In this document: positions 28,947 through 41,910 of the stretch, one piece after another
How the letters are laid out: each line of letters starts with the position of its first letter
Numbering within the stretch: the first letter of the stretch is position 1
DNA from: Tubulanus polymorphus
Taxonomy: Eukaryota > Animalia > Nemertea
Assembly (NCBI RefSeq): GCF_964204645.1
Contig: NC_134032.1
Span: forward strand, 7,738,275 to 7,802,274
DNA: 64,000 nt
Direction: 5' to 3'
The notes under the pieces: generated by a model
The model's database searches: none
What the model saw: the letters and a program-made list of their open reading frames with translations, nothing else
What the model was told of the DNA's origin: nothing
Made by a program: the position numbers and the translations under genes

Positions 28947-29790
28947 TTAAATGAACTCACCAGATTAGATATCGTCTTCTGCTTCTGGGCAAACGGCTCC
29001 AAGAAGAATAACATTTCAAAGTAGGCCCACTTGGACTTTGCACCAGCCCCCGACTTAACATTTATTTTTTGGAACTCCCTGTTGAAGTATGTTCGAAGAT
29101 TCCAAAACTTCTTTTGGCTTCCTCAGCATTAAAGAAAAAGATGGATTGAATGAATAGAACTCTGATGATTTGACATCTTCACCCGTCAAGGGATTCGAAC
29201 CCACTACGCTAAAGCTGTTTCTCGAATCCCTTGACCTCACGAGTCGTTGGACCCAGTCATACCAATCACAGCGCTTGTAACAAACGACATTGGGCTTCTG
29301 TTGGTTTTCCCGTTAAATGGACCAATCAGCGAACGTTTTACCGAACAAGGAAGTATTTTGCAAATCGAGGTATGACGTCATGTGCAACAGCGACCAGTAA
29401 TGAAATCACGCTTCGTAAGCCAGGGGGCTGGTGGAAGCGAGTTCGGGAGTGATACCGGACCCCTGGCAAGCGAGGTTGATGATTTGTAATGAGCAGTGAT
29501 AATTGAAATTTTTTTTGTAGAAGATACGACGATGAATGTAAAATAATAAATAAGCCTACTAATAATATTTAACTTGAATTTGAATTTGTTATTATTGCGC
29601 TCATAAACCGTAGCATTGTTTGATAATTACCTGTCCAATTTGACTCAGCGGCTGTTTCAGTTGGTGCCTTCCATTTTAGACCTCTATTTCAATATTCCAG
29701 GGACTCCACTCACCACAAACATTCAGGTTTTTCATAAAGATGAATCAAAATCTCTATTTTATCACTGTTCTCTATGGAGGTAGCCTTGTT
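27100..29790 (-). pseudogene. Harbinger partner DNA-binding gene (MADF/Myb-SANT with BESS-like C-terminus), three exons
   Basis: Exon 1 ILIHLYEKPECLW (~29632-29790); exon 2 NLRTYFNRE...GAGAKSKWAYFEMLFFL...TISNL with donor GTGAGT at 28960; exon 3 from 27515, acidic linker then LALQLSKIENERMKKLAKLRINQI. Confidence 0.75.
27855..28456 (-). repeat. Dispersed ~600-bp repeat, copy 2, inserted in the Harbinger transposase
   Basis: Matches 18866-19456; transposase motifs resume on both sides. Confidence 0.8.
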
Positions 29791-32659
29791 GAAATATATT
29801 GCCCTCTCTTACCAGAAAGGAAAACTACTAAAAGTACGCGAATTTACTGCACGTTGATTGGCTAGATTTCATAGACTGGGACTAAAGTCCAAAGTGGGCT
29901 AACAAGAGCCCCATGGGGCTTGAAGTGGCAGCTTCAATTCCAATCAATCAATTCCATATTTCAAATATGCTAGAAGAGCGTATCTAGAAATGGATCCACG
30001 GATGCATGGACATTGAAAAGGGCAAGTTATGTATCCACGCAGACAAAACAAGAGTTTAAAAACATGAAATTTCAGTGCAATTTTATACAATTGCTAGGTA
30101 CTGAGACGTCTTATTAGTTGCTGGTGGAAAAAGTGCTCTGAAAAATATTGCCGTCGTATTGTTCAAAAAGGCATAGGAAAATATATTGTGCGTGTTGTGT
30201 TCGCGTCTGAATCTGCCACCAAGGTCTTTATTAGATCATTTCCATGACTTTTTGTGCAGAAACTTCGTTCGGAAAGAAAGGAATTACCTTAAAAAGTGAT
30301 GGAAACACATCATGTTCAGGGGCATCAATATTCAAGAAAGTAACTTTAATCATGTTAATAGTTGAACCAAGTAAACTTTTGCATGACTCACGAATATAAA
30401 AGTAGTAGTGGGTTTTCCCCAATGACTCAATGACTCAAATAGACATACTCCGTACAGCATAAACCGCTGATGCGGAATGATTTCATTTAGGCCTATGTAT
30501 AACATACATTGTGTATAGAATTAAAACGAAGTTTGTTAGACAATTTATAGTTATACATGGAAAAATTGTCAAGAGTCATTGACTCTTTTTAGATTTCAAC
30601 ATATTTTGTTTATTTAGCCAATCAGCGCGTATTAAAAAATATTTAGCCCGGGTGCGCTTGGTGGCGGAGGCTTTCTCTAACACACTTCACAGAGGTTCAT
30701 ATGCAGAGAAATAGGCCGCCAAAAATATTTCCTCAATCAACAATTTTTTTCACTTTCACATGTGGAACCTGGGCAATTTTACCTTCAATCATCAGGGTCT
30801 AGCCAACCAATGTTTGCTTCTGATGTGTCTGTTAGATGCGTGTTCTTTGATCACAGGTGCGTAGACATGTATCACATTTACATTTACACGTTTGACATGT
30901 ACATGTTACAATTTAAAAACCACCATGTTACATGATAAAAATCACTCACAGTGAAGACTGCAATTTTTGCTATTTTGAGAATTGCATAAACGCGGCTCAT
31001 TAATCGGGCTTATCGAATTGAGGCAAACTTTTGTCGGAAGATCTAAAGGAACGCTAGATAAAGATGATAATGCGTGTTTGAAATTAAATATCTCTCAGCT
31101 GTTTTAACAGCAGCTTAGCGAAATTTCGCTGATAGCATTTTATCTTAGTGCAAAGCCATGCTGTCAGCAGCAGAGCTACCGCTAATGAAAAATAGTGAAC
31201 ATTTTCATGCGGACTCAGCGATCAACGTGGGCGGGTGACGGTACTGATACCTTAAGTCCATATGTCTAACCTTTATGACACATTTATTCTAACCAAAAAT
31301 ATGATCTATTGACGAAACGTTAATTTTTGGCACTTACTTTCAACAGTTTCCGTCCGGTAGTCATCAGAATCGAAATGTGCCTCACAAACAGTTGTCCATG
31401 GTTTCGAACTCTACCAATGTTCACCGCGTTTGACGGCCTGTATCCATTTGCTTTTTAATGATTTATCGGCTGGAAAGCAATGGCCTCCTTTCCCAATGCA
31501 TTTTGGAACACAAAAGTGACCGGGTATTGAAGAAATTTCCCAATAAAAGCTTATTGTCAACGGGCATTCAAGTTAATTCAAGCAAAAAACAATAACACTT
31601 CCTGCTTCTCGAGTCTTATACAACGCATGTGCCACCTCACGACTGCGGTGTTGTGCCAGTTCCCCATTTTGATTTAGTTTCAAAATAGTTATGCCAAGGT
31701 GATCAAACTTAACATTATTATGATAATAAAATCAACACACAATTATACTTATCATAGAAATATTAGCATAATCATGACAAAATAAAAACAAATATGGTTA
31801 TTACATAATCATTTAAAAATGATTAAATACAGTCATTTTTTTTCAATGCAGTAATGATTAGAGGTGAATAAATTGATCAATCCACAAGATAGTTATCAAT
31901 AAAAGATTTGAATGTAGCTAATGAATCAATAATATATAATTCATGTTTATTAAGAACAATATAAAATGATATTCGTGGCAGATCATACACAATTATTTGG
32001 TGTATACCCAACCAAAACTATAGCTCATGAAATGCAAGGCCTCTATATCAATTCTTCGTGGCTCACGTGGTAAAGCCGTAGGTTTTGATTATGGTGTCAG
32101 AAGCCTCGAATTCCACGCGTTCCTCTCGTTTCCAGAGAAGCGGTTGGTCACTTGATCAATTTCTACATGAAATAGAACCGGGTTCCTACTAACTGGCAGA
32201 GCTCGTAGAAGCTTCTACACGAAATACAACCAGCGGCGAACGACAAATACAACCATCTGATTGGTCAAGGATAATTGACCTGGTTCTAATGGCATTTTAA
32301 AGTGTCTTACTAGACTGAAATCCTCCGAGGAATCCAATGGTCCACTTTATTTTAGGATTCGGCCATCCGAAATATGTTTTATAGTCAATTTTATGGCTCA
32401 AAATCCTTCCGTTTGTTACGCGGACTCAATCTTGGATTGGGTAATTCTTAAGTGAAAACTCTTCCCCTATCCTCGCTGAAACGACCTTGATTATCAATTC
32501 AATATAATTTCATTGTGAAAACTTTGGTCTGGAAGTGTGCAGACGCAAAAGGTCCACATATGAAGACACGCCCTTTGCTGTCAACTATGACAGCTGACAA
32601 GGTCAGCCAATGCGCCTGTCACTCATCTGGAGCCGATCGAAAGCACAATTGAAGCATAA

Positions 32660-33878
32660 ACTAAGGGTCCAGGGACACCATGCCCACTTGGGAAGTGGTT
32701 TCAAATGCTCAACAATCTAACAATTTCAATATTCAATGCCCCCTGGTGACCATATACAAAAACCAATGACCTTGAAACTCACCACAATCATAGAACATGT
32801 CAGCAGCTACAATTTTGTAATTGATTGTGATAACAAAATACCTTGTTACCAATTTAATATGGAAATACTAAGTTATTCTACTATTCAACGCCCCCTGGTG
32901 ACCATTCAAAACCCAATAACCTTGTTACTCACCACATGTCATGCACTACAACTTTGCAATCGATCATGGTAACAAAATATGCCTAGGTACCAATGTAATA
33001 AGGAAATACTAGGTTATTCTACTATTCAACACCCCCTGGTGACCATATAGAATAACTAATTTCCTTAAAACTCACCACAATCATGGACAAAGTCATGAGC
33101 TACAACTTTGCAATTGATTGTGGTAACAAAATATGTATGCGTTAAAATATAATATTGAAATACTAAGATATTGTATTATTCAACGCCCCCTGGTTATCAT
33201 ATACAAAAACCAATGAACTTGAAACTCACCACAATCATATACGTTATACGCTACAACTATATATACGTTATAAGCTACAACTTTCTTATTCATTGTCGTA
33301 ACAAAATATGCCTAGGTATCAATATAATGTCGAAAAACTTTTTCCCACCTATGAATGAGTACTGATGACACCAAGATGGCCGCCAATTGCATCATAATTG
33401 GCTGGGGGGGTTGTTTTCAAACGAAAGATCAAGGTAATTGATCAATTCAGGACTCAGAATTTGGGCCAAAATTGACATTTTTGGGCATAAAAAAGGTCAT
33501 AGGACCGTCATCTTGAGTCCGATCGACCCAATTTTTGTTAAGCTGATGGGCCCTGGGGGAATTCTCATACATACGAAAGATAAAGGTAATTGATCATAGC
33601 GTCTTCAAAATTTCCCTCAAAAAGTTCAAAAATGTGTAAAAAGTGTTGATTTTGGCGAACAACAATGGCTGCCAGTCGGCCATCTTGATTCTGACAGGGC
33701 CAGATTTTGGGCTGAAGATGTGTCTAGGGTAGATACATGTGTAACCCAAATATCAAGACATTACATTTAAGCGTCTTCAAAACTTCCCAAAATAACTGGA
33801 TTCCGTCTAAGGACGGACGACAGACGAAAAGTGAACGCAATAGCCCGCTGGGACTAAAGTCCCAAGTGGGCTAAAAAT
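32660..33878. mobile_element. Helentron/HINE-like non-autonomous element with internal ~140-bp tandem repeats
   Basis: 4-5 units ccccctggtgaccat...aaactcaccacaatc...agctacaa (32730-33330), a GACG microsatellite near 33812-33826 and a terminal palindrome tagcccgctgggact-aa-agtcccaagtgggcta; end fragments recur at ~29878, ~34870 and, inverted, ~12903-12930. Confidence 0.6.
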
Positions 33879-35041
33879 GAAAAGAAGAAAGTAAATGTGC
33901 CCGTTCTGGCTATAGTGAAAGTATAATAAGCATATGGGCGGAGTTGATTTGGCCGATATGGCCATTGCCTTATTTCGTACACCTCTGCGTACAAAGCGAT
34001 GGTATCTTAGGGTGTTCGCTTATCTTTGAGACCTATGTGTGGTAAACGCATGGCTCGTAGCACGCAGAGATGCCAAGTTGTTGTATCAAAAGTACCCAAA
34101 GGGTCTGAAAGTTTCGACTGGATATCAGCAATAGTTTGAAACTGGTAGAAAGAGAGGCCCCAAGGCGTGGGCGAAAAAAATCTGTCGCCCAGTGGTTCCA
34201 AGGCCAGTCGAAGATATACGATTTGACCTAGTTGGTCACTGGCCTGTAGGCTATATGAAATCAAGGTGCAGAAATTGTAAGTCTGGTAAGAGTCGAATAA
34301 AATGTGCAAAATGAGATGTGACCTTGTGTCTCAATAAAGATCGTAATTGTTTTTACGATTTTCATCGGGGATGAGTAGACCAGATAGGAGAAAAAATTTC
34401 AGTATTGATGAATTGTTTGTTTGGTGTTAATTTTGAGAATTTTATATGACTGCGTCAGCTATCCCTAAGAGTTACATGATCAGTGTTTATAGTTGCATGC
34501 ATGGTCGGTTTTTTGCTTGTTTTATGAACCTAGTCCATGCTTAGAAAGCATGGACTAGATTCATGTAGCCTACATATTTATGGTAAATGAATTGGTTTTA
34601 TAATGTTTGTTGAAATTAATGAATAGTTTTTTGAATGTTTCTTTTAATAAAATTGATTTTAGAGTTTTATAATACATTGCCTTAGGCCTATCATCATTGT
34701 GAACCAGTTCCGACCGATGTGTCCATATAGATACAACACCCAGATTCCACCAAAATGGACCAAAATTTTTTTTCTCCATAGGAAATCACTATTTGACACC
34801 TATAGAACTTCTGGGGGCATGGAAACAATTTTTCTTTAATAAATTCATGGTTTGGAACAAAAAGGGTTAAGTCCCAAGTGGGCTAAAAATGAAATAGGCT
34901 AGTGCATAAACAAATCACACTTTATCTAACAGTGAAATATATGTGGAAGATGAAATAAAACTCAATGCCTATGCATGCCAAAAAATAATCATATGTTCAT
35001 AAAAGATTTATACAAGTTGAGATCAGTCTACTGTAAGATAA

Positions 35042-35756
35042 GGCGCGTTCACACGACGAAATTTAGACCGGTCTAAATTTGGTCCGGTCCAATTTAGACC
35101 GGACCAAGCATTCACACGGGCAAAAATACCGTTCCAAATTAGACCAGTCTAGTTTAGGCGGGTCTAATTTGGCACGGTCTAAAAGAACGAACCAGGTCCG
35201 GACCAAATTTTGGACCGGTCTAAACATGTGTGTGTGAACAGAAACTGGTACCAGGTCCGGTCTAAATCGTAATTCTGGATCTCTGCCGTATAGATGTTGC
35301 GACCTCTGCGGCAGAGTGCGAGTCCAGTTTATTAAGTTTTAAATGCTATTATTACCGTTTATGTAATCATTCTTAAGAACTGTTTTTCCTCCCTATACTA
35401 TGGAAATGTTTGGAGCGTAATTCGTATTCGTATATCGCGATCACCATCCATTTTACTACCGTGCTTTGAACCGAGTTTCAGCGTGATAGAATAAAATCAA
35501 ATTTGCAAAAATGTCTAAACCTGACAAGAGGATCGAATAGGTCAAATGAAGAATGTCTTGCTATACATCGAATCTGGAAGCAAGACTTCATCCAGGCGCA
35601 ATTAATTATTTAGCAGATGGCGACATCTTGTGGGTCCGGTGACAAGCGATTTTATCACCGCGTTTCAAAACGCCCTGTAAACGCTCACCAAAATTTGGTC
35701 CGGACCAGGTACGGACCCATTTAGACCGCTCAAACTAGTTGTCATGTGAACGCGGC
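35042..35756. mobile_element. Harbinger-type MITE
   Basis: Imperfect TIR GGCGCGTTCACACGAC / GTCATGTGAACGCGGC, TAA and TAT flanks, many subterminal GACCGGTC/GGACC motifs. Confidence 0.75.
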
Positions 35757-36173
35757 TATAATTCGACCACACATTTTTAAACGAATACATGTGTATCAAA
35801 TAATGCAAAAATAAAGAATTTTTTCCTATCAAACAATTAGTTTCTAATATGTTTAGAACCATTCCCACACACCTGTGGAGGAAGAAATGAGGTCACGAAA
35901 AAATTTCCCAGGAAAGAATTCTACCAGTCTCTTTGATGTTACTTTTCCCATACACCTGCAACTGTCATATTTGCCAGGCCTGGCCATCATGCAACCGCAC
36001 CTAAACCACTTACTCAAGAGTATAAATATCTCAAACCCGCAATGTTTCCGCAGTGTCCTGACAATTTCCAGATGTTAACTCAATGACGATCATTGAGTTG
36101 ATACATGCTGTAACCAGATTCACGGTCTGCTTAGGAGAAATGATATGTCATTGCGGAGCTCAAATGGTGACCC

Positions 36174-36741
36174 GTGTTCAAAATAAGAGACAGCTGTGGC
36201 TATGTATGGCAGAGCCCGGAGAACCGGATCCATTCAACTAAGAGTGTGAAAGAAGGCAGCTTTTTCCAAGGGGCACATGTGCCCCTCGAAAAACTTATAG
36301 GCCTACTGATTGCCTATTTCTGGGCTCACAACGATGTGAGCAACGCTACCACAGAATCCGGGATTTCAAAACACACAGCTATTATCTGGAGCAATTTCTT
36401 GCGGGACTTCTGCGTAACAGCATAAGAGCTTAATCCTCCAGTGATTGGTGGACCAGGACTTCATATGGAGTTGGATGAGACTCTAATCGCCAGAGCGCGA
36501 CATGCCACCAATCAGCAAGTGCAACAAGTACCACAGCGATGGGTGATTAGTGGCGTGTGTAACGAAACGGGTGTCGCATTTCTCATCGAATGTCCGGATC
36601 GGAGGAGGGATTTCCGCTACCCTTCTCCCCATCATCGAAGCCCATGTCGCAAATGGGTCAACAATATACACGGATGGCTGGCGTGCATATCAACAATTAC
36701 CGAACGTGGGTCATGGCTATGTGCTAGGTTGTGTAAACTAA
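36174..36741 (+). pseudogene. Merlin (IS1595/ISXO2-like) transposase, frameshifted and truncated
   Basis: SVKEGSFF, W.NFLRDFC, IGGPG..MELDETLI, QRWVISG, TLLPII..HV..GSTIYTDGWRAY across three frames. Confidence 0.85.
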
Positions 36742-37119
36742 ATCAGGGTGGCGTAGGCATGGTAACAATGTTCAAATCCAAGAAATTTGACAAAATGGAG
36801 GATTTTCTCTCTCATTCAACTGGACTTAAGGGGTCTTTTTGCCAATCCATCTAATCGGTACAGAACTGGAAATATATCGGATATTCAGTTGTTGTCCGCG
36901 ATTTTTGGCATTCTGTTAAGACATAAATGAGGTATGTACCCCAAAAAGTAAGCAAAATATCCCAGAAAAACAGGTCTCATCAATTAATAAATAGACATTA
37001 GCTCAGTCAGTTTTGGTAGTACATACTTGATAGAAGTCTTATTGGAATGGAAACAGAATGCATTGGCAGCTGACCTAATTATTAGGCTAATTATCGTTTT
37101 TTAATCCACTTAAATCCAC

Positions 37120-37324
37120 GATAAACAATTGGCTGTTAAGGATCAGTATCAGCGGGCGCGACACCTTACTATATTAAAATAACAAGGGATGAAACGGCTT
37201 CGCTTTTGCCTGTGACCGTATTGATGCGGCGGAAACCACCGAGCGTTCATCCCTTGCCTTGTTATTTTAATAAAGTAAGGTGTCGCGCTTGCTGATACTG
37301 ATCCTTAACAGCCAATTGTTTATC
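37120..37324. repeat. Palindromic foldback MITE (~75-bp arms)
   Basis: gataaacaattggctgttaaggatcagtatcagc... and its reverse complement ...gctgatactgatccttaacagccaattgtttatc. Confidence 0.85.
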
Positions 37325-38707
37325 GGAACTGTATAGTGGATAAATAAACAACATCAACAAGAGGTATTTCTGTGATATTTTGAATTTATTTGCAGTTTAA
37401 ATTTAGCGCCATTCTCGCGAGATTATCAACAACCCGGAAGTAAAATCCAAGCCAGTTTACACAAGCCCCTGTGTTGAAATAGACATTACGCCAAACCCGC
37501 TCCCGAGTCCCGTCCCGAACCTGTCCAAATTTTTCAAAGATTCACTCACTCACCCAAGAAAAACTCACTCACCTTTTAGATTTTTTCTAAACAACGAGTA
37601 TAACAGCGATTTGGTCAAGCTGTAATGCTGCAACTTTAGGGCCAAGAACAAAATGAACTGGACTTTTTAGGCCATAAGGCCTACTAAATGTCGATTTCGA
37701 TCGTCGCTCCATTTTGGCTTAATCATGTACGGTGGGGGTTGTGGCTACGTGGAAGCGCAGTACGGCCTTATAGGCTCGAATCCCGTTAACAATTTAATTT
37801 TTTGCGACGCTCGAGTAGTTTTTTTTTCTGTTGTATATTATGTGGAGTTATTGTCAATTGTCTGTCCTAAATTTTACATTTAAAGGTAGGCCTACACGAG
37901 CGGGTGTCCTGTTCGTTGAATTGAAACATAATAAATCCAATTTAGCTACAGTTTAAGCACACGAGCCGGCCATACGCTACGGTGATTTTCGATTGTGTGC
38001 CTCTAATTCTAAATCCTTTATACCCAGAAATGCCGCTCTATTGTTGTTATGTAGTTAGCATGCAAAGGTTCCATGAGACGACTACCGTATATTAGAGTAG
38101 AGGCTACTGGAAGCCCACTAAGATCCTGGTAAGAGAAATAGTGCGCGAACCACAACCCACATGCTGAAGTTCCACAATTTGCTAATCTTGAGCCACTACT
38201 AGTAGAACGGAGGTGAGACTTTTAACTCCATGGATGAATCATTTATTCCTGAGACCGATCTAACAAATAGCTTTCTATCACAAATAATATAGGCTGAATC
38301 AAAACCCCTTTAATGTGTTCGAACAGAATCCAGGTAATAATGCCAGAGGTAGGCCTATGCCATAATAATGCCGAAGTAAAAAATGCCAGAGGTAAAAAAT
38401 GCCAGAGGAAATATGAGGAAAAATAAGCGAAGAATTCATTAACATTGGACCTAGCCTATTCTTATGTGCACTAGATTTTACGTAATGAATGCACAGTTTA
38501 GATTACCGTACATATATTCCGATAAAACCTAAAAAATGAATGACAAATTAGTGAAATAGGCCTATTGAGAATCACAAATTTATTGAATAAAGTCTGACAT
38601 AGGCCTACGCAAGAAATTCATTAAAATTATTGATATTCTTATTTGCACAAGATGATATTGAGATACAATTTTTTCGGTTCATTGGAAATCAAAAAATTAA
38701 TGCACCT

Positions 38708-38858
38708 AAGTAAATAGGAACAAGTTGGTTCAGGCCAATGGTCGAAGGGTCGAGCTCATAAAAAATGAAAATAAATTCTCGCACACTCGAATTTATTTTT
38801 AGTTTTTACTCACACACCCCTTCAACCTTTAACCTGAACCAACTTATTCCTATTTACT
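38708..38858. repeat. Small palindromic MITE
   Basis: agtaaataggaacaagttggttcagg ... cctgaaccaacttattcctatttact. Confidence 0.75.
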
Positions 38859-39165
38859 CTTAAGTATAAGTATAAGTATATAAGTATTTATTCACATAAT
38901 AGATTGATACAAAGCATTTAGGTATACATGTATAATAAAAACAGTGTAGCAATAAATTATGCGAGGGGTTAGGAAAAGCCAAATCAACGGCTTAAACAAG
39001 TCCTTTCCCCTCTACAACATACACACCTCACACCCTCTCACAGCAATCATTCACTCGTTACACAATCATACTGAAAAAGTAGCATAATAAATCTAATCAA
39101 AAGTAATTAGATATATTATGATTAAAAAAAACGAACAAAAACCAAAGGCTAACATGCTGATGGGC

Positions 39166-40095
39166 TCAGTTATTACTAATTAGATAAGATTTAAGGGATT
39201 TGGTGAAAGTATTTAGTTGACTTATAGATTTTAGTTTATTTGGCAGTGCATTCCAATGTTTAGGTCCTTGAATTTTGATAGAGTTAATTCTGAGATTCAG
39301 TTTAGCAAACTCGATGTGCAGGTTTTTGGGTCGACGTGAGGACCACCTATTACAAGTAACATTGCGAAAATAGAAAAACTCTTTAAAAACTGAGGGCAAC
39401 AAATTATGTAACTGTGAAAAAACAAATGTGACCAATTGAAGTTTATAAATATCATGCAGTTTTGGAATACCCAATTTCTTAAAGATCGGCGAGGTATGCT
39501 CGAGCCAATCCAAGCGTGTTATAATCCTAATTGCCTTCTTTTGAAGTACAAGTAAAGGTTGTAAATTCGAAATACAAGCGTTCCCCCAAATGATATTGGA
39601 ATATTGCAAATGTGAATGAACAAAACAAAAGTAAAGATTTTTTAACACATCAGAAGGGACGAAATGCTTGAGCCTGTTGAGGACCCCAATACCCCGTGAT
39701 ACTGTTTTACATATATGGATGATATGGTCTTTCCATGTTAGTCTCTGATCGAAAATTACTCCAAAAAATTTTGCGTTATCAACACGTTTTATTTTTTGTC
39801 CACCGAGGAAAAGATTGAGATGGATATGGGGTTTAGAACCGAAAATAATAAATTGTGTTTTGCAAATATTAACAGAAAGCCTATTGGCTCTGAACCATTG
39901 TAGTAGTTTATCTAATTCCGAGTTCAATAAAAGTTCTAATTCGTGTGGCTTTTTACCACTTACAAAAAAATTACTGTCATCTGCAAATAATATAGATTCC
40001 AGTAGTTTACATGAAGATGGGCAGTCGTTTATATAAAATAAGAAAAGCAAAGGTCTTAAAATTGAACCCTGGGGAACCCCTGAAATTAAATTAGC
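39166..40095 (-). pseudogene. LINE ORF2, RT C-terminal half
   Basis: GVPQGS, LFLFYIND, FADDS, KFFGVIFD, LQKKAIRII, HTSPIFKKL. The listed ORF 39166-40308 runs on into Polinton TIR sequence. Confidence 0.95.
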
Positions 40096-40101
40096 AGTGT
40101 T

Positions 40102-40325
40102 AGTAGTATAGCTATAAGGGGGTTCTGGCACAGTAGGCAAACTAGGCAAACTTTTAGGCAAATTTGGCAAACATTTATGCAAATTGTGCAAACTTTTTAT
40201 GCAAATCCGGCAAAGTTTTTGGCAAACATTTAGGTGAATCCGGCAAATTTGGCAAACGTTTAGGCAAAGTGACATGTGATTTCGGCAAACATTGGGTGAT
40301 GTCGGCACACTTTCTGGGAAACTCG
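40102..40325 (+). repeat. Polinton left TIR with GGCAAA iterons
   Basis: Reverse-complement match to 53854-54044, with iteron copy-number differences. Confidence 0.95.
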
Positions 40326-40418
40326 TTGGAATTCTGGATAAGATTTTAGGTAGTATTTTGTGTTATTTCCTTTTGTGATGTATTTATCGTTATTGTTTTA
40401 TTTGCTTGAAATCAGCTG

Positions 40419-40578
40419 GTCACGTGAGGTAATTTTAAAATGTCTATTGTTTTATTGATTTTCTGCGGTTTTCGCGGTAAAAATTCTATGAACTGAGTAA
40501 TTAATCTCCAGATGTGGGTCAGATGTGACGTCATTTTAGGGTATATAACGTGGGATCTTTAGGGGTTGGGTATCATTC
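40419..40578 (+). promoter_or_regulatory. Left-end Pol II promoter (E-box, CRE, TATA, Inr-like)
   Basis: CACGTG ~40421, TGACGTCA 40526-40533, TATATAA 40542-40548, TCATT ~40573, ATG at 40591. Confidence 0.65.
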
Positions 40579-40590
40579 CTTCGCTTGGCC

Positions 40591-41354
40591 ATGGATGACT
40601 TCAGTACTCCGCTCCTGACGAGAACTATGACGACTCCTAGTGCTCCGGCAAAGAGACCGCGTAAACTCAATTTTAAGAATTTAAAGTTGGATGTTGATAT
40701 TACGAAAATTCAAGGTACGTGTGTGAAAATTTCTTTTTCCGGATTTATTTCGAGTTATGTTATGAAGTGATTTTTAATTTAGTTTTTGTTTATTTAGATG
40801 TACAAAAGAATGACGTTTACGTGAAAACTGATGACGGTCATCACTACTTGGGAAATTCAATTTTCGCGAAGTCGACTGAATGGGAGGGTATCAAACGAAT
40901 TGATATACGAGCGCATGAACTCAGTGATGATTTCAGGATCTATCCGATGAAACGTGGTATCAGCTTACATCTCCAGGAATGGGTTCATCTTGTGTGGAAT
41001 AGGGAAGGAATAAATAGTGCGATCCAGTCATTTGTCAATAACAATACGGTGGAACATTTCCAAGTTCACATTGGTAGGAACCGTTATGTAACTGTTTTCA
41101 AGCGTTTCAATGAGATAATCGTTGATATACGTTATTTCTGTTATGACACTGAGTCTGCGCGTAAAATCCACACGAAAACTGGGATAGAATTATCCGATAA
41201 ACAGTGGGAAAAATTGTCGACTATTCCTTTCGCCAATTTCGAACCCGAGCTTGCTGAGATGCGTCCATGTATGTTCAATGAAGATCATCAGAATCAATTA
41301 GGAGCTTTGGAGTGCGTATACTGTAATCCTCAACCGGTGTTTCAAGTGGAATAG
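40591..41354 (+). CDS. Tandem PC4-domain ssDNA-binding/coactivator-like protein; exons 40591-40714 and 40798-41354
   Basis: Two PC4 repeats (RIDIR...KRGISL.LQEW and IGRNRYVTV...VDIRYF...KTGIELSDKQWEKL); in-frame GT..AG intron 40715-40797; NLS-like PAKRPRK; C-terminal C/H/CxxC cluster. Confidence 0.85.
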
Positions 41355-41812
41355 TGAAAATATAACAAAGTAATATTTTAGTTTTTAAAATCGAAAAATG
41401 TAAAATTTATTAAATGCATATGGGAATACAGTAAAAATATGGGTTACGTGTCTTATCGTCGGGATGGGGGGGGGGGGGGTATGTACGCACACGCATATTA
41501 GATACCAACTCTGGAAGATAATATTGAAATTGATTTTTCAAAAAATGTATACGAGTGAAGTAAAACCGAAATTAAATGGTTCGCCGAAAAAATAAAATGA
41601 AAATATCGTTGAAAATTTAATGTTTTTAAACGAAAACTAAAGTTTGAATTATTATGTTAAAACTTTTTTCATGAAGGAGAGTATATATTACAGCTTTGGA
41701 AAACTTTTATAAATATTAATACAATGAAAGTGATGTAAAACCAACTTTGAATGTTTCGACGGAAAATTAAAGATTTTGATAGGTTTATGTTATGAAATAA
41801 TTAAAATAAACG

Positions 41813-41817
<5 letters not shown>

Positions 41818-41878
<61 letters not shown>
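41818..41878. repeat. (TA)n microsatellite
   Basis: About 30 TA units between the convergent PC4 and pPolB 3' ends. Confidence 0.98.
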
Positions 41879-41879
<1 letters not shown>

Positions 41880-41910
41880 CATAAGTTTGTTGTCTGTTCT
41901 AATTATCTAT

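Noticed and set aside
40096-40349. N-terminus of the 380-aa RT ORF and the 40164-40349 ORF
   Set aside because: Translation of TIR iterons, not real coding sequence.
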